From Candidatus Calditenuaceae archaeon HR02 (GTDB lineage: Archaea > Thermoproteota > Nitrososphaeria_A > Caldarchaeales > Calditenuaceae), in NCBI GenBank assembly GCA_002898395.1, contig BEHE01000007.1, forward strand, positions 1-64,000: DNA of 64,000 nucleotides, in the 5' to 3' direction. Position numbers and translations under genes: made by a program. Position 1 is the stretch's first letter. Each line of letters starts with the position of its first letter. Below the pieces are notes generated by a model that saw only the letters and a program-made list of their open reading frames with translations, did not search any database and had not been told where the DNA came from. Of this stretch, positions 57,987 to 64,000 are shown in pieces.

Positions 57987-59054
57987 TTGCGAGACGTGGA
58001 GATCGAACAAGAGTTAAACAGCTACGCGAGGCTGGTCAATGAGGCCCTCGAGGAGCTCTTCCCCAGAACACCTGGGGAGAACTATTATCGGAGAGTGGCG
58101 GGTCTCTCTTCCGGAGAGATAGACATACACTCTCTCAACGAGGTTATTGCAAGACCTGCATGGGACCTGTTGGATAGGGGTGGTAAGCGCTGGAGGCCCG
58201 CGCTCGGAATGCTAGTCTACGAGGCTCTGGGAGGCAGTGCAGGGGATATAGTACATCTACTCACAATCCCGGAGCTGATACATAATGGGACACTAATAGT
58301 GGATGACGTCGAGGATGGAAGTGAGGTCAGACGTGGAAAGCCCTGCATCCATAGGATCTACGGTGAGGATGTCGCAATCAATGTAGGTAATACGCTATAC
58401 TACCTTCCGGTCGCCGCCGTCTTCTCAAAAATCCGCATACCAGAAGCGGCTCAAGCCTCCCTCCTGAAAATCTATGTGGAGGAGATGCTCAGGCTAAGCC
58501 TAGGACAGGCCCTAGACATAGCATGGCATAGAGGAATTGGCAAAGAGGTTAACGAGTCCCAGTACCTCCTGATGTGTGACCTAAAGACCGGAAGCCTCGC
58601 CAGGCTCTCAGTAAGGATTGCATGTCTAATGGCGGGCGTGGATAGCGTGGTGGAGGAAAAGTTCAGCAGGTTCGCCTCCTCTATCGCGGTAGCATTCCAG
58701 ATTCAGGATGACCTCCTAAACCTCATAGGAGACGAGTCGCTCTATGGCAAGGAGATAGGAGGAGACCTAAGGGAGGGTAAGAGGACTTTAATGGTTATAC
58801 ATGCGCTACGAATGCTTCCCCGGGACAAGAGTGAGAAGATTCGAGGAGTATTGGGTGTGAAGACAGCCGACAGGGCGGCGATAGATGAAGCCATAGAGCT
58901 GATAAAGTCTAGTGGGGCGATAGAGTATAGCAAGTCTGTCGCTAGGCGTCTCGTAGAGGATGGATGGAGTGCAATAGAGCCTGAGCTGAGACCGTGCCGT
59001 GCCAAAGAACTACTGCGCTCACTTGCCGAGTACCTAATTGTAAGGAGCAGATAA
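57987..59054 (+). CDS. Polyprenyl diphosphate synthase (GGPP synthase family)
   Basis: GGKRWRP, LIVDDVED, RRG, FQIQDD, DLREGKRT. Confidence 0.93.
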   Translation: MRDVEIEQELNSYARLVNEALEELFPRTPGENYYRRVAGLSSGEIDIHSLNEVIARPAWDLLDRGGKRWRPALGMLVYEALGGSAGDIVHLLTIPELIHNGTLIVDDVEDGSEVRRGKPCIHRIYGEDVAINVGNTLYYLPVAAVFSKIRIPEAAQASLLKIYVEEMLRLSLGQALDIAWHRGIGKEVNESQYLLMCDLKTGSLARLSVRIACLMAGVDSVVEEKFSRFASSIAVAFQIQDDLLNLIGDESLYGKEIGGDLREGKRTLMVIHALRMLPRDKSEKIRGVLGVKTADRAAIDEAIELIKSSGAIEYSKSVARRLVEDGWSAIEPELRPCRAKELLRSLAEYLIVRSR

Positions 59055-59060
59055 GACCCT

Positions 59061-60386
59061 CTACTGGATCTTATCGCTAACGCCTGCTAGGGATAGGAAC
59101 TCCTTACTCAGCCGGGTGAGGGAGTAGAGTTCAACTCCAGCCTCGCGGAGGAGCTTCTCAGCACCCTCATTCCTATCAAAGATCACAAAATATTTGTCTA
59201 TCACTCCCCCCTCCTCCCGAACAGCCTTTACACACTCAAGCGCACTATTACCGGTGGTGACGACGTCGTCAACGCCCACATAGAGTGTCCCGGGCTTGAC
59301 TACCCCCTCTACCTTTCTCTCAAGCCCGTGAGCCTTTCTCTCCATCCTAACGTAGACAAGCCCCACGCCGAGTCTGTCTGCGACAATGCTCGCTAGAGGT
59401 ATTCCAGCCGTGGCTGTCGTCGCAATCTCGAAGCCAGACCTGCCAACACGTCTAGATACCGCCCCGGTCATGAGCCTGGCTATGAGCGACCTTGAGACTG
59501 GGTCAGAGTATAGCGACCTACAGTCTATGTAGATTCGGCTCCACCCTCCACTCGAGAGTTGGACCGGCTTCTCATATATGTTCAAGACTCCCTTCGTCCT
59601 GATTATCGCCCTACTGGCGAGGATGAACTCCCTCTGTCGCGATAGGGTCTCTGCGATGTTTGCAGCCTCCGCTACCGGGTCCTCTGCAAGTATTATCGTC
59701 CTCCCCACATTGATCAGTAATCTCTCACCACCGGCCCTGATCATGGGCATCGGATCCCCTCCTTGGGCGCCAAATCCCGGTGAAAGGATTATTGCCTCCT
59801 CACCAACTCTCTGCCTGATCTCTGCTATCTCCCCTTCATCGAGGCTTGACGAGAGCCCAACCACGAACCCATCCACCCCCGCCTCAACCCCTTCCTCAAT
59901 AAACCTCCAGTAGAGTGGCTCACCATCCACTCTGCGACGGAAGTATTTCTCGCCGTATCTGCCCGATGGATGGGCGAGTAGGAATACGCCTAGCCCATGC
60001 TCATGCGCCTCATCCACCACCTCTCCGACGTTGCCGAAGAGGGGGTTGAGGGTAAAGGCATCGTAGCCCAGCCTCGCAATGGTGTTTACGCCGGCCTTGG
60101 CTGATTCGCCGATGTCCCCGAGCTTACAGTCCAGAATAGTTAAAAGGCTCAGTTTCCTCGCCAGCCCGGTTATGGCCCTGTGCCCATCCTCTCCGAGGCC
60201 GCGCAAGTGATTCTCGTTCAGCTTAACGGCTGAGCAAAACCTGCCGAGCTGCTGGATCCTATCGAGACAGAATCTAAGCCTTAGGCTTGGGTCGTGGTAG
60301 ACCCACGGCGGCGGGTCGAGTCCAAGACATAGAATGCTGCCAGAGATCTCGACGACCCTGTCATACCTCTCCTTGAGCAAAGACAC
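59061..60386 (-). CDS. pyrFE: Bifunctional OMP decarboxylase - orotate phosphoribosyltransferase (PyrF-PyrE fusion)
   Basis: DCKLGDI, SPGFGAQGG, NVGR (PyrF); LSSG, YIDCR, RKAHG, VDDVVTTG (PyrE). Confidence 0.9.
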   Translation of the reverse strand: MSLLKERYDRVVEISGSILCLGLDPPPWVYHDPSLRLRFCLDRIQQLGRFCSAVKLNENHLRGLGEDGHRAITGLARKLSLLTILDCKLGDIGESAKAGVNTIARLGYDAFTLNPLFGNVGEVVDEAHEHGLGVFLLAHPSGRYGEKYFRRRVDGEPLYWRFIEEGVEAGVDGFVVGLSSSLDEGEIAEIRQRVGEEAIILSPGFGAQGGDPMPMIRAGGERLLINVGRTIILAEDPVAEAANIAETLSRQREFILASRAIIRTKGVLNIYEKPVQLSSGGWSRIYIDCRSLYSDPVSRSLIARLMTGAVSRRVGRSGFEIATTATAGIPLASIVADRLGVGLVYVRMERKAHGLERKVEGVVKPGTLYVGVDDVVTTGNSALECVKAVREEGGVIDKYFVIFDRNEGAEKLLREAGVELYSLTRLSKEFLSLAGVSDKIQ

Positions 60387-60497
60387 CTGCTAGCGCCTCG
60401 TATCCCCTCTTAAAAACGATTTCCATCCCATCGAAAGCACAATCGTCTTAAGAAGTGTACAGCCTCTCCAGGCACCGACCCCCTAAATTCTTATCAA

Positions 60498-61502
60498 TTG
60501 GCTAGCGCCACACTACTTGACTTGCCTCTGATAAGGATGGAGGGGGTTGCTCCGGTTTTCGTGGACCGCGGGTCTCGGATCCTCTTTGACGCAGCGGAGG
60601 GGCAGGGGTTGAGGTGTCTGAGCCACGCACACATGGACCATGCAGGCTCGCCTACAGAGCTCAATGTGATGACAGGCGAGACCCATAAAATCTTCGCCTC
60701 CCGTAAAAAATACTATAGGAGATTCATTGAATCCCCCCTCGGGGTCAAGATAAAACTACCACAAGGCACCCTCCTCACGGCCCTCAACTCGGGGCACATG
60801 CTCGGCTCAAGCATGTTTAAACTAGAGGCCGATGGTCTCTCCATACTCTATACTGGCGACATGAACATCTATGACAACATCCTACAGAGGGGTGCAGAAC
60901 AGCACGAAGCCGACGTCCTTGTCATCGAGGCAACCTATGGCTCTCCCATCTACAAGTTCCCTGACAGGGAGGGAATCTATTACGAGATGATCAAGTGGGT
61001 GAGAGAGACCCTCGCGCGGGGCGATATACCCGCCCTCAAGGTCTACTCCGCCGGCAAGGCTCAAGAGATTATCGCCCTCGTTAACAAGACGCTAAGTGTG
61101 CCCGTCCTAACCACGCCGGAGATCTACAAGGTCTCGATGGTTTATAGGAGCAAGTTCAGGTGGATGGACTTCTTGAGGGCCGGGACCCAGGAGGGCTATG
61201 AAGCCGCTAGGAACGGCGCTGTCTATGTCTCTGCGCGGAGGGACGTCTCCCAGCTCGCAAACAGGCGTGTCAGATGGGCGCTAGCCACAGGCTGGGTGCT
61301 GACCAGTAGACAAGAGGGTTTCGACGCCTACTTCCCACTCTCCGCCCACTCAGATTTCCACGGCCTAGTCTCATACGCGAAAAATTCGGATTACAAGATA
61401 GTTCTGACGATCTATGGCTTCTCCTCAACCCTTGCTAGGCATCTGAGACGTCTCGGCATCAACGCCTACTCGCTGGAGGAAAAATTGTGCATTAAGTTCT
61501 AA
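60498..61502 (+). CDS. MBL-fold beta-CASP nuclease
   Basis: SHAHMDH, GHMLGS, YTGD, IEATYG, LSAHSD. Confidence 0.88.
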   Translation: MASATLLDLPLIRMEGVAPVFVDRGSRILFDAAEGQGLRCLSHAHMDHAGSPTELNVMTGETHKIFASRKKYYRRFIESPLGVKIKLPQGTLLTALNSGHMLGSSMFKLEADGLSILYTGDMNIYDNILQRGAEQHEADVLVIEATYGSPIYKFPDREGIYYEMIKWVRETLARGDIPALKVYSAGKAQEIIALVNKTLSVPVLTTPEIYKVSMVYRSKFRWMDFLRAGTQEGYEAARNGAVYVSARRDVSQLANRRVRWALATGWVLTSRQEGFDAYFPLSAHSDFHGLVSYAKNSDYKIVLTIYGFSSTLARHLRRLGINAYSLEEKLCIKF

Positions 61503-61508
61503 GAATTT

Positions 61509-61628
61509 TCACTGGCTTGAGCAAGTTATGCAAAGCCCACAGCGAGGACACCTTCTAGTCCCTGATGGAACCTCTAGGTGGCACCGGGGGCACTCCTCAA
61601 CCTCCTCTACTACCTGCCTGCTCAGCAT
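61509..61628 (-). CDS. 39-aa Cys-rich zinc-finger microprotein (below the ORF-track cutoff)
   Basis: MLSRQVVEEVEECPRCHLEVPSGTRRCPRCGLCITCSSQ; GAGGGGTGG upstream and a TTTATA box about 35 nt upstream. Confidence 0.65.
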   Translation of the reverse strand: MLSRQVVEEVEECPRCHLEVPSGTRRCPRCGLCITCSSQ

Positions 61629-61732
61629 CCACCCCTCTAACGAGAGTCTCGCATTAGCGAATATAAACTTTAAATACCGTGGAATTTAAAAGAATTAACG
61701 TTAATAAATCAAAAAGTAAATGAAGTATAACC

Positions 61733-61984
61733 GTGGTCAACGTCAGAATAGTTTACTGCGTGCCATGCGGACACCTGCCTAGGGCTATGGAGCTTGCAAA
61801 CCACCTCCTACAGACGTTCGGCATGGAGTACAACAAACGCTTTTCAGTAACCCTCGACACATCTGACGGCGGAACCTTTGAGGTTTACATCGATGACGTG
61901 AAAGTGTATTCGAGGAAGGAGCAGGGAGGTAGATTCCCCACTGCGGAAGAGATCGTTAAAGAGGTCAGGAATAGGGCTAGGTAG
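61733..61984 (+). CDS. Rdx (SelW/SelT/SelH-like) family protein
   Basis: IVYCVPCG...GGTFEV...GGRFP. Confidence 0.88.
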   Translation: MVNVRIVYCVPCGHLPRAMELANHLLQTFGMEYNKRFSVTLDTSDGGTFEVYIDDVKVYSRKEQGGRFPTAEEIVKEVRNRAR

Positions 61985-62435
61985 ACCGCTGTACTTCTCT
62001 CTCCAGAAACTCGATAGCCAGTTTAACGTGCTCATCAGGTTTAACCCCATCGATTATTTTGACTATCCTACCCTCAGGAGATATTATGAAGGTCTTCCGC
62101 TTCGCGGTCTTGAATAGGCTATTGTACGCGTCGAAGAGACGTGATATCTCGCCGTTCTTGTCACTGAGCAGTGGGAATGTTAGGTTGTATTTCTGTGCGA
62201 ATTTCTCGTGGCTCTTAATGTCGTCGGTGCTTATACCATAGACTTCAGCCCCACATCTTGTCAAAACACCCATGTTATCTCTAAAGCTACAGGCCTCTGA
62301 TGTACACCCAGGCGTATTGTCTTTTGGGTAGAAGTAGAGTATTATATAGCGGTTCTTTCCGAGCCTCGTGCCAAGCCTGAACTCTCCTCTTGTTGAGGGG
62401 AGAGAGAAGTCAGGGCAAATGTCACCCACTTCCAT
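61977..62435 (-). CDS. bcp: Peroxiredoxin, BCP type
   Basis: YFYPKDNTPGCTSEAC. Confidence 0.92.
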   Translation of the reverse strand: MEVGDICPDFSLPSTRGEFRLGTRLGKNRYIILYFYPKDNTPGCTSEACSFRDNMGVLTRCGAEVYGISTDDIKSHEKFAQKYNLTFPLLSDKNGEISRLFDAYNSLFKTAKRKTFIISPEGRIVKIIDGVKPDEHVKLAIEFLEREVQRST

Positions 62436-62448
62436 ATCCAACAATACC

Positions 62449-62799
62449 CTACTCGATGAGCGAGTGGTGGTGTCCCCCACAGCTGCAAGTCGACTGCTCA
62501 TTCGGGTTCTTCACGACGAACCCCTCCACACCCCCCGCCTCGACGTAGTCTATCTCGGAGCCGGTGATGAGTGATGCACTGTATTTATCTACGACAACTC
62601 TGATACCATTGTTCTGGATGACAATATCATCTTCCAACACCTCATTGTCTAGAACCATACCGTAGCGGTAGCCGCAGCACCCCTGCCCCATCACAAAAAC
62701 CCTGAGCACTAGCCCCTCCCCCTCACCAGCTAGGTGCTCCCTGATTTTGAGGGCTGCCCTCTCAGTTAGGTTAATCCTGAACTCCTGCATCACGGCCAT
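62449..62799 (-). CDS. IscA/HesB-family A-type Fe-S carrier
   Basis: LTERAA, GCCGYRY, IDYV, NPN...CSCG. Confidence 0.92.
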   Translation of the reverse strand: MAVMQEFRINLTERAALKIREHLAGEGEGLVLRVFVMGQGCCGYRYGMVLDNEVLEDDIVIQNNGIRVVVDKYSASLITGSEIDYVEAGGVEGFVVKNPNEQSTCSCGGHHHSLIE

Positions 62800-63043
62800 A
62801 TCGAGGCCCCCTTCTAAATAATCCTTGTCCCAGTCCTCAATAATGAGTCCCAACACCGGTCCCGCATCTGTTTGGCCACCTAGCCCGCAAAACAAGCGTG
62901 GTGCTTACAGGCCTATAGTGCGGCTCGCAGCCGGGTAGGATAAGTTAATAAAGGGATTCTAACGTTTTTTCTCCAAGTGAATTCGGTTATAGGGATGGTG
63001 GTGTATTCTGCCCCAGAAGTCTTCTAAATCTAAAAAGTCTGAG

Positions 63044-63298
63044 GTGAAAGAGGCTCCATCGGCTGTCTCGATACTTGAGCATGAGCTGGTCCCGAAGCAC
63101 GAGATTATGAGCCCAGAAGAGGTCGAAGAGCTATTAGGCAGATATAGGATAACTCTGAACGAGCTTCCAAGGATACTTGCCAGCGACCCAGTGGTACGCG
63201 AGATAGGAGCCAAGCCCGGCGACGTCCTTAGAATACATAGAAGATCACTCACCGCCGGACTCTCATACTACTATAGAGTGGTGGTGAGGGAGGAGTGA
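63044..63298 (+). CDS. rpoH: DNA-directed RNA polymerase subunit H (Rpo5)
   Basis: [25 protein letters not shown]. Confidence 0.95.
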   Translation: MKEAPSAVSILEHELVPKHEIMSPEEVEELLGRYRITLNELPRILASDPVVREIGAKPGDVLRIHRRSLTAGLSYYYRVVVREE

Positions 63299-64000
63299 AG
63301 GCCAAGCCTGCCTCTGAGCAGCCAATTCTAACGAGCGAAGACTTGATGAAGGTCGCCGAGGCCTATATCGACGACGCCGGCCTAATCAACCATCACCTAA
63401 TGTCGTACGATTACTTCGTCAAGGAGGGTCTCAAGAACCTAATAATGAGTATGAGCCCGGTCGAGATTAAGGCGAGAGGTAAGGCAGAGCTAAAGTTCGA
63501 GAGTGTCGAGATAGGATCTCCGAGGATCGTCGAGATTGATGGGATGGTCAGGGAGGATGTAACGCCAATGGAGTGTAGGCTAAGAAACCTAACCTACTCG
63601 GCCCCAATCTACGTCAAGATGAGCCTATATGTTGATGACAAGCCGGTAGTTGTTGCTGAGCGGGTCCTTATCGGCTCGATCCCCATCATGGTTAAGTCCT
63701 CTATCTGTCCGCTGAGCAGGATGACTCCTGAAGAGCTGGCGGCTATAGGTGAAGATCCGTTAGACCCGGGTGGCTACTTCATCATAAACGGTTCAGAGAG
63801 GGTTATAGTGGCGATAGAGGATCTCTCACCTAACAAGGTCCTCGTGACTGTGAAGGATCAGAAGGAGAATCCCCAGTACTCGGCGATGCTTCTCTCATCC
63901 TCGCAGGGTAGGATGAGTAAGGTTGAGGTCACCTATAAGCCCGGAGGCCCCATAAAGGTCTTTTTCTCGAGGATCTACAAGGGTATTCCCTTAATAGTAA
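63295..64000 (+). CDS. rpoB: DNA-directed RNA polymerase subunit B (Rpo2), N-terminal part
   Basis: [44 protein letters not shown]; runs off the window. Confidence 0.96.
   Translation, partial: MKAKPASEQPILTSEDLMKVAEAYIDDAGLINHHLMSYDYFVKEGLKNLIMSMSPVEIKARGKAELKFESVEIGSPRIVEIDGMVREDVTPMECRLRNLTYSAPIYVKMSLYVDDKPVVVAERVLIGSIPIMVKSSICPLSRMTPEELAAIGEDPLDPGGYFIINGSERVIVAIEDLSPNKVLVTVKDQKENPQYSAMLLSSSQGRMSKVEVTYKPGGPIKVFFSRIYKGIPLIV

Overview
Archaeal chromosomal segment, most likely from a thermophilic TACK-group lineage such as Aigarchaeota/Caldarchaeales. This is inferred from Rpo12/Rpo5/Rpo2, AglB, a single-OB SSB, BHB processing motifs and a 23S gene unlinked from 16S. Most of the window is housekeeping and metabolic genes, plus tRNA-Leu(GAG), RNase P RNA and a stand-alone 23S rRNA gene. 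The 23S gene carries two introns of different classes: a group I ribozyme intron at about L1923 and a bulge-helix-bulge (BHB) intron, each with a LAGLIDADG ORF. The most striking feature is a ~1.03-kb IS110/IS1111-like element (41304-42332). Its 3' non-coding end folds into a long hairpin with one symmetric internal loop holding two 9-nt putative guides. One guide matches the flanking insertion site 9/9, and the two together spell AAAGGTTTATAACCCC, which resembles an archaeal BRE-TATA promoter. Other points of note: an nNOR-type NO reductase with an NnrS-like gene, an OST3/OST6/DC2-like gene facing aglB, an LbpA/GcvH-like-TusA fusion lacking the lipoyl lysine, a PyrF-PyrE fusion, a LAGLIDADG-like ORF reading through the tRNA, and a decayed hotspot at 41-43.3 kb (MITE, cysS and phosphatase fragments). 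All calls come from manual reading; no database searches were run.
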